64,000 nt of DNA. Source: Tubiluchus corallicola. Taxonomy: Eukaryota > Animalia > Priapulida. Shown here piece by piece: positions 42,399 to 57,807 of this stretch. Location of the stretch: the NCBI GenBank assembly GCA_030141605.1, contig JAQGDQ010001000.1:7325-71324 (forward strand), in the 5' to 3' direction. The first letter of the stretch is position 1. Each line of letters begins with the position of its first letter. A program made the translations under genes and the position numbers. A model generated the notes under the pieces. That model saw nothing but the letters and a program-made list of their open reading frames with translations, did no database searches and was not told where the DNA came from.

Positions 42399-43979
42399 AA
42401 GGACTGCAAAATACTTCAGTGTTACGTTTCGGGTCATCTTAATCCATCAGCAGCAATTCAATGCAATTCGATTCAATTTATTTATCTCTTTAGAAGACTA
42501 CAAAAGAACATTATTAATAACAGAATCAATAATACGGGGTGAGGAATGATTCCAATAGACAGATATAGAACTAGAGAAAGGATAGCGAAAACACTATAAA
42601 GTCATCAGCAAAACAAATCAGAACGAAGAGATAAATATCTCAAAAATGGAAACACAAATAATTTTATCTGATATGAGACATTACTTATCCTTTATTTGTC
42701 TCATGAGTCAAAGTTTGGTTGTATTTGCAGTTTTTTATTGTATTTGGAGTTTTTGATTGTATTTGCAGTTGCAACTTTGCTTAAGTTGATGATGGGCCAG
42801 GTTGTGACACGAGAAGTATTTGCCAACCAATAAACAATGTTAATTCCTATAGTAACGATTGATTAGTAACTTTGACGTTGATTTTAAAGACTCGTAATAT
42901 TAATTTAGCATCACTCTTTGACAGATAACATTAGCACGAATATCAATTTAGGGAATTACGACAAAACAGGTCAAGGAATCCAATGATTTTACACTTGTAG
43001 ACAAATAACAAATACTGTAACATACACGGAACATATTCCCTGGCGTTTGCAGGCGCTGGAATCGAACCCACAACCACTGCAATTTCATTTTTCGTACATC
43101 AGTCTGTTTTCGTTACATTTTTACTAGACACACAACTAATCTTGTCAAAGCTGTACACCATTAGTCACAAAATCCAGCACACGGGGGTGCCATAAAACAA
43201 AGCCTGTCACGTGCAACCTGAATTTAAGCTACTGGAACTACTCACAGAATGACAGACAGACGTGTGTTTGTTTACACAAGGACGGCTTAATTGCTACAGC
43301 AATAAATTACGCTGGTTTCTCAACGACATAATGAAATAATTAGCGACCATTTTCGTTTCGGACTTTTGGTTCGTGCAAAACGTTCTCAGGCCCCAAAATT
43401 CTGATCGTAACTTTGAGAAATTGAAAACTATTTATGAATTCGCTGCCGAGAAAAATAAAATTACCCCTGGAGCTGCTGGTTGCCTCTAATCCACAATTTT
43501 GATCAGATCATTGCTGTAATTGTTGTATTCAGCAATAATAGTAAACTAAATGATTGATTATTTGAGCCTGGTAAAAATTACGTTTCAACACAACGAAGGA
43601 GCAAATTTTTGGCAAATAATCCAACTGCCACGCCCCCTATTGGGCCCCTAAGATTTGACACACAACGTATATTCTGCAGCACAGAGTATGCGAGTCATAA
43701 CTAAAACTCTGAACACGTTCAAAATAATGTGTGTCAGTAGTAGCTTACTCGAAATTATGGGCAATAATAATCACATAATTGATACAACTGTTAATACCAA
43801 TTATAATCAATAACTATAATGAAGCTTTTAAAATAGCAAACTAATTACAGACTTACAGTAATTGCAATCCGTAACATCAAACAATAAGGGTCAGGTTAGC
43901 AAAACTTTGCTTCAAAACTATAATACGTGGATCATAACTACTATTAATTAATGTAATTGATAATACAATTAACTTGAAT

Positions 43980-44241
43980 TATTCTGAGTTTTGGATTTTT
44001 GAACTAAATACCAGTTATCGAACAATCGTACTTTTGTATAAACTAACAGACTGACGTACAGTGGATAATTGTCTCTGGTATCTCTTCATTACTCTGTGGG
44101 CTTGTATATATTAAATTTTAAGTATTAACTAATGAACTACTCGTATGTTTGAACTAACTATCTGTGTAATTACATTTTCGAACAACAAATTACGATTGTT
44201 CGATAACTAGTATTTAGTTCAAAAATCCAAAACTCAGAATA
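43980..44241. repeat. 51-bp inverted repeat with a 160-bp spacer
   Basis: 43980-44030 and 44191-44241 are reverse complements with one mismatch. Confidence 0.92.
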
Positions 44242-45373
44242 GTATATATATATATATATGCATTTTAGTTGAAAACAGATACATATGTATCTATATATAC
44301 AAATATATCTCTTCTCAATTAAAATGTATTTGTTGCACATAGTGCAAACACTTTGATCAGTAATATTACTGTACGTTAATCCACTTAAAATAAATGAAAT
44401 TATATCTATAAAATCTATTAATAAATGTTCACATTGTGGTAATTTTTACACTATAAAAGACACGTGTCGGTGTCCTAACATGTTTATGTCAGAATTTGTC
44501 CAGCAGATGTCGCTGTCCTAACATGTTTATGTCAGAATTTGTCCAGCAGATGTGTCTGCCCGCGCGAGGAGATACCCATGAGAACTGCTAACCACGTTTG
44601 AGCAAAAAAATCACCCTGGAAATCTCGCCTGCCCAACTTTCCCATGCACGGCGATAGCAAAAAAGAGGAATGCGGCAAAATGCGAGGCAAGTCTTCCCTT
44701 TTTAAGCGACGTATTTGCAAGATAAGGTGGGGTTGCGCTATTGTCAGTCTGCTCGGATTTAAGCCGTTTCTCGAAAAGAGATGACGGGTAGAGAGAGAGA
44801 TGCGACGGGAGATAATTTCCCGTCTCTTTTGTGTGAAAACGTTCGACAGTTTCGCGAGATTCGCTTACGCCCTGAATAGGGGCTTACATTAAAAAGTCAA
44901 TAGCGGCTTTTAGTCAGGGTATCAACTTCAACTAGTCGGACAACAGGCAGACAGCCTGACACTGGTGAGCTTTAAGCTACTGGCTTTCTCAATACAAACC
45001 GATTACTGCCGTTGCACAATGTCAAACTGCTTATCTTTGGTAGAAATCTGTCAGTTAGGATCTTGAAAAAGTTTAAATGCGGGCACTTGAACTTTTAATC
45101 CCCTAAATCTAAAAGGTTGGGTCCTCCGATGAGATCAAAACTTGCTGAGCTTGCTGACTGTTTGGCTTGCGTTCCCATGCATGCAAATTTGAAAAAAAAG
45201 TGTTTGGAATATTTAGAATTCTTCACATTCTTGCGTGCACAAAGTGGAAAAATTTGCAGTCAAAGTGGAAAAATTTGATACAAAACCATACATGGTCAAA
45301 GATATACAAATGATCATTTTTTGTAGTAAAGATACGGCAAAGCAGGAAGAATGAAAGAAAAACAAAGAACAGC

Positions 45374-45845
45374 TTAAAGCGCGTTCCAAAAAACTTTCTA
45401 TAAAAAGTTACATTACTTAGTATTATGTTTACCTGCTTATTAGACTTGTGTGACTAGAAAAAATTCTTACTAATTAAAAACGTTCGCGCCATCAGGTAAA
45501 ACGTCACTGACTCACCTTCCCAGTGTGCACCACTGATGCATCAAAGAACACATTATTGATTTAATTGATAACGTAAAGTACTTTGTACTTTTGCTTATTC
45601 AGTGAAGAATGCGCAACGAATGCTCTGATTATTTTTGAAAACTTTACGCAATGTCATCTAAACTTGTTTCAAATGACTTAAAATGGCTGCGCCAAACGAC
45701 AATCGTGGGAGTTTAAATTTAAACGTTTTACACAGCGTTACTGTTCACGCAAACTCTGCATGCAATGAGACAGCATGCAAGTGATACAAAATTTCAAGTC
45801 GAATTTTCTTACTTTACGTAAGTAAAGGGATTTCTTGTGCTAGAA
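45374..45845 (-). mobile_element. Kolobok-type MITE, family A
   Basis: Family A core motifs in reverse orientation. Confidence 0.72.
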
Positions 45846-47363
45846 AGTCTAGACATGTTTACCTTTTTCACATGAGAAATTATTGATTTTCAACGGTCAC
45901 TCGGTGGTCAATGCTTGAATTTTCATTTGCAACAATTTTGCACTAATTTAGGACATAGTATTGTAGATTTACATGTGAAATGTCCTTTACGGTTGTTCAG
46001 ATTTATCAAAATCGTAGCAGCTGACACAAATTTTCATACAAACTTCACATAAAAGAAAAAAATTCAAATTTAAATTTAAAATCTTTTTATCATTAATTGA
46101 AAACCGGAGGAGCAAAAATTTGTAATAATATAATGAAATTTTTTGAATACGTGGCATAATTTAAATTCCTCGTTTTACAAGATAAAGCTAGAATTCGTAG
46201 GAAAGCCCAAAAAACAATAAAAAATGCATTTTTTCGCAAAGTTCTACTGTTACGGTTTACGAGCAAAACATTCAATTTGGAACCGGATGATTTGTGTCCC
46301 ATTTTCCTGTAAATCTTTACCATTTTGGTAATTTCTTTCCAAGCAGACAGACGCCAACCCAATGTGGTCACAATTCATACGCAAGACAGCGTAACAAAAA
46401 ACTCATCATTTCAAGACTAACGCTCGCAAAAACTCTTAGAGGAACATAAAAAAGGAGAGAGAACATCGGGTAGAAGAGGGAAGACAGCCCCCGGCTAGAA
46501 ACACTTAAAAAGCGAGGAGGACTCTTGCCTCCTGCACACGTTGCTGTGGAAACGTTACTACAAATCCTAAACCACATTACAGGACAAATCTTGAGTCTTT
46601 GTTCCGTAGAAAAGCACACCTTGCAATCAAACAAATTTAGAAGAATCACAAAAATTTTAAAATGTGGGACTGAATGACCGTAACAACATGAGACGGCTAT
46701 AAACACAAAGGAATTAGTGACAGATAGTAAAAATATTTTTAAGGATTAGTTGAGAATGTATGATAGAAGGCATACTAGTACTATTCTAGTATTAGAAAAA
46801 GCTTCACAACACTAAAAACATAAGAGAGTACCCCTTTTCAGAATTTATAAAAATATTTTGAGTAAGCGTCGTCAACCAAAATCAATTATTGGACATTTCT
46901 GAGTTTGCCTGTAACTCAAGTCACCAATCAAAATTTTTATTGGCTATTTCTGAGTTTGTCTGTAACTCATTTAGCACGTAAATCTTTCAAGTTTGCACGC
47001 AAATCTCTTGATACGGTTATAGTTTAGAAACTAACAGTGTCTTGAAAAATGTTTTATAACTTAAAAGTCAGTTCAAAACATTTTATACAGACATTCAAGA
47101 TATTGGAACACACTGCAGCTGAATGGTCCAAGTTACCGATCCAGAGATTTTGGGTTCGAATCCCACTCATATACATATTTTCCAGCAATTTACCACTCGA
47201 ACAGGATTTTCTCAGTCAGTGTCGAGGCTTAAATAATCAGCAGTAATAAATGCTGTAACAATCTGACCCCGTGCTCTATCAGAGCACCGGATGTTTTAAA
47301 AACAGCATTTAAAAAAACTTAAGGCAAAACAAAGCGCCAAGAAAGTATACATAGTCGTCACAC

Positions 47364-47872
47364 TTAAAGGAAAACTGGATGATTGTGTAAACACTAGTTC
47401 AGAATAAAGAATGCTCTAAAATATTGAAAACTACAATCGCCTTTTTTAAATCAAAGCTTAGATTAAACAATAATTACCTCGGATAGTCAAATTTTGTTAA
47501 ACTTTCAAAGTTACGCACGGCTCAGTGAATCTACTAAGATTGGTAACGGTGCCTTTTTGTCACGTTCGCGTGGCCGACAAATAGAAGACGGTGCCATGAT
47601 AACAATGTCATGAATTGCAGTGTTAGTATCTGACGTCATATGATGTAGAGCCCATGCAAACCGGCTTGATGCGCAAGGTGTTTGCCATTGCGCAAAGTGT
47701 GGTTAGTTTCTGACGTAAGCAATGGCTGTGTTTGGTTGTCGTTAATTAACTTTCTAAGCTAATTATCGAAATATAAGGAACAATTGTTAACTTATACAGG
47801 CAACAAAATGTATATTTTTGACAGTAAATTAAAATGAGATTGAGTGTAAACAATCATCCGATCTTCCTCTAA
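47364..47872 (+). mobile_element. Kolobok-type MITE family B, 45 nt from the exon 2 donor
   Basis: Colinear with 37426-37984 and carries the same TIR pattern. Confidence 0.85.
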
Positions 47873-47917
47873 GAAAAGCAACAGCCATTGTCAAAGATGC
47901 TACAATCAAAGTCTCAC

Positions 47918-48294
47918 CTTCTAATGCATCTTCATGAACGTCTGGAGGTACCATCTCCAAGTCGTACCTGAATCCGGCCGCAGTGGCGTACGTGTTACCC
48001 GGCTCCCCTTCCATGAACAAAACCACCTGCCCTTTCCTTGACCGAAAACACCTGGTCAACTGGACGAAATGTTTCTCTTTGGGTGTCACTAGAACCCTAA
48101 GTTCACCGTCTTCCTCGATGTAAATCACAGCACCTCCGAAATGTTTGCCCGCCCTCAGGCATCCGTAAAAGTCACGAGCGGAAGGTAACTGGAGGGTGAT
48201 CCGCAGTCCACCGGAGGGGTATGTCCACCGGACATGTCCAGCCGAACACTGAAAGTCAATCGGTTTCACCTCACCAAGGTCAGCAGGTAGCCCA
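47918..48294 (-). CDS. METRNL: Meteorin/meteorin-like protein, coding exon 2 (CUB-like domain)
   Basis: SGLPADLGEVKPIDFQCSAGHVRWTYPSGGLRITL...GAVIYIEEDGELRVLV...GFRYDLE matches the METRNL C-x-x-G-x-V-x-W-x-YP-x-G and GA-x-IY-x-E-x-x-GELR motifs. Acceptor tttctttttag|T, donor GAAG|gtgaga, 377 nt, phase 2 to 1. Confidence 0.95.
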
Positions 48295-48406
48295 CTAAAA
48301 AGAAATAGCAACACATGATATCAGAAAGTTTCCAGATTCTGGAAATCAACAAGTAATGATCCGTTAGACTAGATGACTTTCTGATGCCAAATGCAACCTA
48401 ACACTA

Positions 48407-48475
<69 letters not shown>

Positions 48476-48776
48476 CATCATCATCATCTTCATCACCATC
48501 ATCATGATCATCATCATCGTCGTCGTCGTCGTCATCATCACCATCATCATCATCACAATCATCATCGTCGTCGTCGTCATCATCATCATCATTATTAATT
48601 AATTTATTTATTTACCTATTTATTTTATTTCAGACATTTACAGTCCATAGAACAAAAACAAATGTAAGTAAAAAGACAGAGTTAGTTTACGGAAACACAG
48701 TAAGCCTACATACAAGAAAGAGTTAGTTAGAATGGGTAAATAAAATTCTTTGTCACGACTTGCAAATGTGCGACCT

Positions 48777-49143
48777 AAAAATTGTATCAGTATTGTGCAG
48801 CAAGCTATTAATAACAGTATTCTGACTCAAAAACAGCCCACTTCTGAGACTAAACGCAGCTTTCTTACGTATGCATGAAAAACTAGGTACATTGTATCTA
48901 AAATTGTATCAGTATCGTGCAACAAACTACTAATAACAGTATTCTGACTCAAAAACAGCCCACTTCTGAGACTAAACGCAGCTTTCTTACGTATGCGTGA
49001 AAAACTAGGTACATTGTATCTAAAATTGTATCAGTATCGTGCAACAAACTACTAATAACAGTATTCTGACTCAAAAACAGCCTACTTCTGAGACTAAACG
49101 CAGCTTTCCTACGTATACACGAAAAAAACTAGGCACATTGTAG
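48777..49143. repeat. 122-bp tandem triplication
   Basis: ATTGTATCAG recurs at 48781, 48903 and 49025 with near-identical units. Confidence 0.96.
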
Positions 49144-50600
49144 CTAACATACATTTGCCTTTGCGCTACAGCGACTAGGAAGACTAAAGAGACCTCTAAT
49201 AGCATTATTATAAATAAGTCGCAGTCTTTCAATGTTTACTTTATCGTGATTAAAGCAGTAACTGTGTACAAAACGGAAACATTGTATCACATTAGTACAT
49301 TTTGCAGTATTGCACCACTCTCTCAGAATGAAAAATACTTAAGGCAAGGGTTTTCAACCAGGGGGAATTAAACCCAAGTGAAAAATTGGAATCACAAACC
49401 GACAAACTCAAACTATTGCAGTACTGAGTTTCTACATCTGTGCATAAACTCATTTGAACATTACACTGTTATGTGTTAAAGGCTAAAAGTTGCTCTAAAA
49501 ACTACTAAATCTAAAATTTATTAATACAGAATCAGACGATCTTGGAAAAGAGGATGACCTTCTGACGTGTAGCAAAATGGATGCACGGTTCGATGTACTA
49601 AAAACAGAACAAAACTTGGAAAAATGGGAGAATGACATTCGAACGTATGATGAAAAAGGAACACCGGGCAAAAAAGTTTGAGAACTAGAACATTAACATA
49701 TGCGATATAAATAAAAAAGAATAAAGCCTGAGTATTATTAAGCAATAAAAAAGAATGGATTAGCAAATTGTATTGTAAATTACATATGACATCAAACTGA
49801 TGTGCGATTTTATAGAAGAATATTTAGAAGATGATTTATTGATGTAGTAATCGCTGACTTTTTAGCTGATGCTCTGTAATTTTAATTTCTGTATACATTT
49901 TTATATTTTTGTAAATTTGTGTAGCTTTTACTAGTGCATGTAGTATTTCTTAGTTTTCAGTGCAAATTTTTAACTTTTATATAACATTTATTTTGAAATA
50001 AACTTTAAATGAAGAATAAAATAAATTAAGCAAAGCCTAGTTTGCAAAAAATAAGTTTGTTTTTAGATTTCAAATTTTAAGCATTTCAAAAAAAACTAAA
50101 GAAAATTTTAAGCTTCTCTTAAGTCTTTCACCTTTCGTCTTTAAGTCTTTGTTATGTTTTCGGTTTCACTGTAGTCAAAATGCATTCCAGAACGGAACAC
50201 ATACTAGTCGGTTACACACACAGCAAACTAAATTATTGATTTTTAGGCAATAAATGTAAAAACAAAAATCCATCTCTAATTCCAGGGTACAGAACTAGCA
50301 TACACCAACACACCACACTGCCAGACCACAAAATGAGGATCCAGAGTTAGTGTCCTTAGTACTGCTTACAGTGGACATGTCTGAACACGAATGAAAGACA
50401 ATATGGGTCGCCTTCCGGGGGTCCCCGAGAGCATCATTAGATCACCCCTGGATCAATTTATTACCATTTTGATGTTGCTCTGCGTTTTCATAGTGGCCAG
50501 CGTTCCCTGAACATGTATAAATTATCTTCACTTCTGTACTTCTTGAATTTTGTTATCTAGGACTGAGTAACTGCGTTTTGAACAATCCAATTCTACTTGC

Positions 50601-50939
50601 GGCGCATTCAGACTAGCAAGTTTTCTTGCCAAGTTAACTCACCGAGTAACTCGCAAGCGTGTTCAGACAAGATAGCAGAACTTGTTGACAGTTCTGACAT
50701 CAGCAGACACTCACTTCTCTATTCACTGCCAGAGTAACTCACCGAGGCGTTCACACTAGACAGTAACTCACCCAGGCGTTCACACTAGACAGTAACTCAC
50801 CGAGGCGTTCACACTAGACAGTAAATCAACTCGCAGCAACTGTCGGAGTTTGTAATAACTTGCCGGCAGTAACTCGCAAAGCAGTTTTTTCACTTGTGAA
50901 GTTACTGCCAGAGAGAAAGCTCTCTAGTCTGAACGCGCC
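50601..50939. mobile_element. PIF/Harbinger-type MITE
   Basis: GGCGCATTCAGACTAG...CTAGTCTGAACGCGCC TIRs. Internal 29-bp unit AGTAACTCACCGAGGCGTTCACACTAGAC, three copies. Confidence 0.7.
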
Positions 50940-51542
50940 TTTAGGATAACCAGACAACTGGGAATGGGCAAAGCAACGATGTTACTTTGATGTACAAAAG
51001 AATGTGTAACTTGCACTAGTTATTCAGAGTGCAAAAAATGAATGTATCTGTAGAGAAAATATTCTTCCTGTCAGAGTTATGAAAGCAATCCTGTTAAACA
51101 ACGTACGAAAACCTGGCACTATGAGAAAAAGATCAATTTCTGCTTCTTCAATAATTGTAATCACCATGAAGCACAGAAGTAAATGGCAATGAACAATCCG
51201 CTGATTATAACTCCGATATTGAAAGTTTCAACACATCTGTTTCGAAATATCTGTTTTTGTACGAAAGGCTCCATGAATTCGTCTATGATTTTCGTTGTTT
51301 AGTTGCTGTTTTTTTACAGAGTTTGGCCCACGGTGCGCATTAAATCCACTTATGGACATCTGCTCAAATTATTAATCGCTTCTGGCGGGTAGAACATAGC
51401 ATATGTTTTGATTAAAGCTGTAATCTTAACTCATCAGGGTAACTTAATGCTGTGAGGGTAATGATGACTCATACGTGATTCTTGGGAAAGAGGAAAATCA
51501 GGCATAACAAATGTTTGACAACGAGTGAAAGTGGCCCATAGT

Positions 51543-52282
<740 letters not shown>

Positions 52283-53235
52283 AGTGAAAGTACAGGAAGT
52301 GCGGGAACAAGGAACACGACCCGCAGCCCAAAACGAAGCACCTGTTTGCGCAAATCGCAAACTGCGCACACCTCGCCACACGCCTTCTCTTCTTTGCCTC
52401 CAATATAGCAAAGTCACCTGTGCGCACGCACACAATGACAAAACGCACAAATCATACCTTCAGAACGTAACACGTGTAATTTTCAACATTGTAATTATTA
52501 CTAGCAGCACAACACACAGTGACGCCCCGGGGGTGTTCAAACACCAATCCTGCCCTCGTGTTGGCAGCCACAGAAAGGAGACGCTCTGGACAATGCCCTA
52601 ACAAGAGCAGTGAAGCGATCTCAAAAACCCAAATCATGTAAATTGTTAGCAATTCACGAGTGAAATCTAAAATGACAGGCGGTAGGAGATTTAATTAAGC
52701 AGATAACGTTAACGAAATACACATGCAAATGGGCGAAAATGCAAAATGGTCAAACTTGACAAGGGACGTGTGAGTCATGCCTGGAACAAGGTCATAGATG
52801 ACATTGAACAATAACACTGTATGAAATTAAAATTATGATACGAATTCCACACGTACGAAAATAAAAACTAATGCAACACAACGGGCGCTACCTTTCGTAA
52901 TATTACTGACGATCATTGCTTACATATGTTGATTATATGTATTGGCGTATCTGAGTACATGTAAATCTCTGCATTGGCGTATGACGAAAAAGTGGGGCGC
53001 CATCATTTCACAAAAAAGAAAAGCATTATAATGTAGTGTCCCTTAAATTACCTAGCTAACATATAATAATAATGCGTTTGATAAAATATTTAACGTATTT
53101 TAGAAGTAATATCAAGAAAAGTACTTTGAAAATAAAACTGAGAACTAAAGTTTATTGATTAAACTGGTCAAAAAATGAGTTAATAGACCAAGGTATCGTT
53201 TCCATAAAACACCATTAATACGCACGTTTATTCTG

Positions 53236-53480
53236 GGAATCCGTGTAAATAAGTCACAGGTTAAAAAGTCACAGGTTAAAAAGTCACAGGAAAAAGTCAC
53301 AGGAAAAAAGGCACAAAAAAACTCACACAAAAAATGCACAGGAAAAAAGAGATAACCCTAAGCCTAACCTTAACCACAACCCTAGCCAAAATTGTGATTT
53401 TTTTCCCTGTGACTTTTCCTGGCCCAAATTGTGATTTTTTTTCCTGTGGGTTTTTTCCTGTGACTTTATTATCGGCCACC
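53236..53480. mobile_element. Foldback-type MITE with a telomere-like core
   Basis: Repeated AAAAAGTCACAGG on the left, CCTGTGACTTT on the right, and a central CCCTAAGCCTAACCTTAACC. Confidence 0.65.
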
Positions 53481-53574
53481 TATTCTACAGACCTAACACT
53501 TCGCTTGTTTATCAACACATCAACTTTTCTCAAATGATAAAAATAAATGCAAAGTAAGAAATACCAGACAGTTT

Positions 53575-53830
53575 ACCCTTGTGGTAACGCGCCCGCTTTC
53601 GGTCTGGGAGGTCGTGAGTTCGATAGAGCGGCTGGGTCATACCAAAGACTCTAAAAATGGTAACTGCTGTTGCCCTGCCTGGCGCGTGGTATTTAGGGCA
53701 AAAGTGGGGTAATAATAGTCACTGTTATGTAGTTGTAAGTTGTTATTTACAGTCGGCGATAATAGCTCTTTGAGCTAATGTTAATTGTTCACCCAAAAGC
53801 CGACTTTAAATAAAGATTATTATTATTATA
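53575..53830 (+). mobile_element. tRNA-derived SINE with a Meta-domain-like core
   Basis: B box GAGTTCGAT followed by GGGTCATACCAAAGACTCTAAAAATGGTAACTGCTGTTGCCCTGCCTGGCGC (MetaSINE-type core), with a tail AATAAAG(ATT)n. Confidence 0.7.
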
Positions 53831-56264
53831 CCACTATCTCAACACAACCGTGGCAAAAACAGATTTTTTTATCAAATGTTACCAAAAGGCTCACAATCTT
53901 CAGGAGCCCCAAGCTGCAGCCGACACTAGCCTATATAGGATAGTTCTTCCCCGCGCCTAATCTTGCTCTTTAGTTACCAGACGCAAGACTAGCTCACGTA
54001 TTCATGACACGTGGCAAACTTCTCATATCAAGTTTGAAAAACGATTTATAACCACCGCGTACAATGGGACGAAACTCATTGCAATAAACATACAAACAAC
54101 TCATCACTCGAGGCTCTGATTTGGAAAATTCCTCATTTTACAAGCGAATTTATCTTCCCGGGAAACGAGACGCGAGCCACGGAACAATTTTACAGACGCT
54201 CACAATTATAAATGTATGATTTATTACGCTTAGACAGCTACAAGCACCGAATTAATACAGAGCTAACCACCGACTTCGATAGGTAGAATCAATGGCGTAG
54301 CTAATATGGGGGACAAGAGGAGCAACTGCTCGCCATGAGCACATTTTTTAAATTGGCGCCCTTTCAACAATTTTTTAAACACTTTAGATCACTTGTGCGA
54401 TGAAAACCGAGGTTTTTTATTTTTTCTAATCACAAGGCGTTGGAAGAATTTTCTGGAGTCACTACTACTTGATCAACCTACCATACGTGTTCTTGAAAAT
54501 TTAAGCAACCCATTTGTCAAGGTTGAGCTGGTTGAACCAAGGATCTAATTGGCCCAAATCTAATTAAGTTTAGGTTTATTTTAAATAAAAAAATATTAAA
54601 AATTATGATAATTTTTGTTGTCGATTTTGAATGCTCATTCTTCCAGCAATCACATCGTAGATCGACTGAAGAAAAGCTAATTTTGTGAAGTTTTAAAATT
54701 GGAATGATCGGAAAAATTGTGGAACTCGAACCCAAGATCTTCTGAATTCTGATCAGCTACGCTAATCATTATACCACGAAGGCATTAAAGACAAGAAGCA
54801 TAGGACTTTTTTCGTTCTTAGTACTGATTAGTCAACCCAAAAAACGAATGTTTTGCCCTAAAGTGTGTGTTGTTTTACGCACACATCACATTTCAAAGTA
54901 AGTCACTTCAGTTTAATCACCTTAACCCCCCACCCCACCCCAACCGGTTAATTCCCCTCCCCTTATAAGCCTCATTTAAGAGAAGCTTCAATCACCAACC
55001 TGCAGTCAACCAAGAAACACGGGGATCAATTTCTTAAATTGGACGCTTAATCCAAGCGGTCTTTGGAAAATTGGAGGCAAAGTAAACAAATGCGGAGACA
55101 AAAACGTAAAGAAAATCCGCGTAAAGCTTCCCTGGGGGTAGACAGGACGGCAGAAAAATTAACCCTGGTTTTAATCTTTCTTTCATTCACTATCAAACTG
55201 TGCGAAGAAGACTGCTTTCAAACATCAAATATTCCACTAGAAGAGTTAAATTCAAATTTTAAATTTATTTATTTTTCTGTAGCGTAAAATTCATATAAAT
55301 ATTTGAAAAACATATAAAACAAATATTAAAATGACGATTTAAAACAGCTAAATGATACAAGATTTCACAAAGAAATTAGTAAAATTAAAATTAAAATATA
55401 GAAAAAAAATTACTCCATATTCTAAAAGTCGTATGTAGTATTATAAACGGAAAAGGAGGTCTTTATAAGAAAGTGTTTATACCCAAACATCGATGAAAAG
55501 ATATTTTTTAAAACAAATTCTCTAACAAAGACAACTTTTTCCGTTTGTAATTGATTTGCATGTAAAACACAAGACTCAACTTAATTATTTTGATCGTGTA
55601 ATTTAATTACTTAATTAATCTTTAATTAGTTCTTATCAAGTTTTTATTACACTTCTGATTTATTTGGTCTGTAGGCGTTAGTATTTCAATTTTTTATTTT
55701 GCCTGTGTACAACTCATACTAACTCCTGTTTTGTGTATACTAAACGTTTTTTGTCATGATATATGGATGAGTTTGCGCAAAATAAAATTGAATTGAATTG
55801 ATTTATCAAAGTTTAAGTCATACGAGGTGATGCGAAATACAATAAACTACGTTCATACCAAATTAGACGAATTTTCGTATTAGAAAATAAATATTTAAAA
55901 TTATCAATGCTAATAATAGTTAAATACTAAATAATTAAATTTGCGGCACGTTTCAAAGCGACTTCGCGCTTAATGAATTTAAACTAAGCTGAGATACAGA
56001 AAGCTAAAGAAATGGAAATGTTTTTAAACAGCCACGCGTGGTAAACATTAAAAGTGTATGCAACATTAAGCTTCATCATAACTCTTTTCCACTCTTCAAA
56101 CACTTAATCCCACATTGTGATTTAGTTGTATACCTATTGTTGTGAACATGTCAATACATGTAGCAATTTAATTCAATTTGATGTGTTTCCTAAGACATTA
56201 TAAGCGACAGGTCCTTGAATTTATTGCAATACGCTCACAATAGATCAACCCTACTATGGCTACC

Positions 56265-56510
56265 TCAATCATGCTGGATCAGCCCTAGTTTTGACGTTTC
56301 TCACCATCTAATCTAACTCCGTGTTTGAGCTCCAAGTGAACTACATCCACCTTAATCATACTGGATCCGCCCCCCGTCTTGACGATATCTCAGCATTTAA
56401 CCTAACTCCCTGTGTTTCAGTTCCTACCGAAGTATATCCATCCTAATCATACTGGATCCGCCCCCCGTCTTGACGATATCTCAGCATCTAATCTAACTCC
56501 CTGTGTTTAG
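56265..56510. repeat. About 88-90-bp tandem repeat, about 3 copies
   Basis: AATCATACTGGATCCGCCCCCCGTCTTGACG...CTAACTCCCTGTGTTT recurs. Confidence 0.85.
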
Positions 56511-57664
56511 CTGGAGGGAGCTGCTATTGTTGAAGGCTAATCTGTTGGACAAAACTGGGAGCAAAGCCCTTTGCATTCAGCTCTGGGTTGAGGGCCAATT
56601 ATTGTACATATAACTTAACATGGCTACTTATTAGAGCAAGTAAATAAGGCGTGCGTAAAGAGTTAATAAATCTAATGCTTGGTCAAATGTAGGTAAAGGA
56701 ATGCAAATTGATTTTGTTGGTAAATAGCCGTGAAGGATGCGGTTTTCAGTATAACTAAAAATTCAATTGTTTTAATAGGTAGGTAATATGCAAATGTGCA
56801 TAATGGGTATAGATATTAAAAGCTACTCGAAATGGACATTACAGACGCTTAGCATCAGAATATCAGTAACAAAAACAAAAAAGAAATTTACTTAAACACA
56901 CATAATACAAACAACGAACGGAGATTTTTAAATTTAATTTGAAATGTAGCCTTGTTTAATCAAAATTTTCATCATAACCTAAAAACTACTAAAGCTATAA
57001 ACTTGTAACTTTCACAGTCAAACGCTTATGTGTTGTAATATCAGGCCGTGAAAGTTCAGCTTTATAGGGTACTAGCTTCAAAGTCTAAATGTCAGCACAA
57101 CTACTCTACGCCACCCGATACAATACAATGAACCAGCAATTATAGACTGTTTTGAAAACTTACGCTAAACTGAAACTGGATTTGAATCGATACCGACAGT
57201 TAAATATATAGTATAGATATCTTTATAAATATATATATATATATATAGAACACGCAATCAGTTATATTTAAGAAATATATTATATATATTATTTAAGAAT
57301 CTGTGGATGGTAGTAGTAGTAGTAGTATAGTTTATTGACTATAAATATAATGATTAATATAAAAAACTGGGGTAGCAGAAAATTATTAAATTTACAGTCC
57401 ATTCATTATTCTTTCCAAGAATTTATCAGAGGTGGATCATATTAGCATATAAAATAAAATAGCTGTACCAACTTTATACCATTGAAAAAACGATCAAGAA
57501 GTTCGTATTGTAACCAGAAGATGCTTGTTTCAAATCCAGTTATAAGTTTCGGCTTTTTGCACATTTTTATTGACAATCACTAATTGATCTCCTAATTATG
57601 ATTACAGATGTTGTTAATAATTTTGCAATATTAGCTAAAAATTAAAACCAATCATTTTTCCTAC

Positions 57665-57807
57665 CTTCCCTTCCAATCACAGGTACTTTGCATAACTTCA
57701 ACAAATCTGCACTCCATTGTCTTGACTATGACAACAAGCAGCAGCAACAGCGACAGCGACCTCGTCGGACAGTCCAAGATACCCACATAACTCGATAAAA
57801 TGCTCAT
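57665..57807 (-). CDS. METRNL: Meteorin/meteorin-like protein, coding exon 1 (signal peptide)
   Basis: Manual translation MSILSSYVGILDCPTRSLSLLLLLVVIVKTMECRFVEVMQSTCDWKG(S). A hydrophobic signal is followed by the C-x-W-K-G-S motif that ends exon 1 of METRN/METRNL. The donor AG|gtagga is phase 2 and matches the exon 2 acceptor. Not in the ORF track. Confidence 0.88.

Noticed and set aside
47829-48314. The 161-aa ORF as a stand-alone gene
   Set aside because: Its ends run into intron and MITE sequence. The real exon is 47918-48294.
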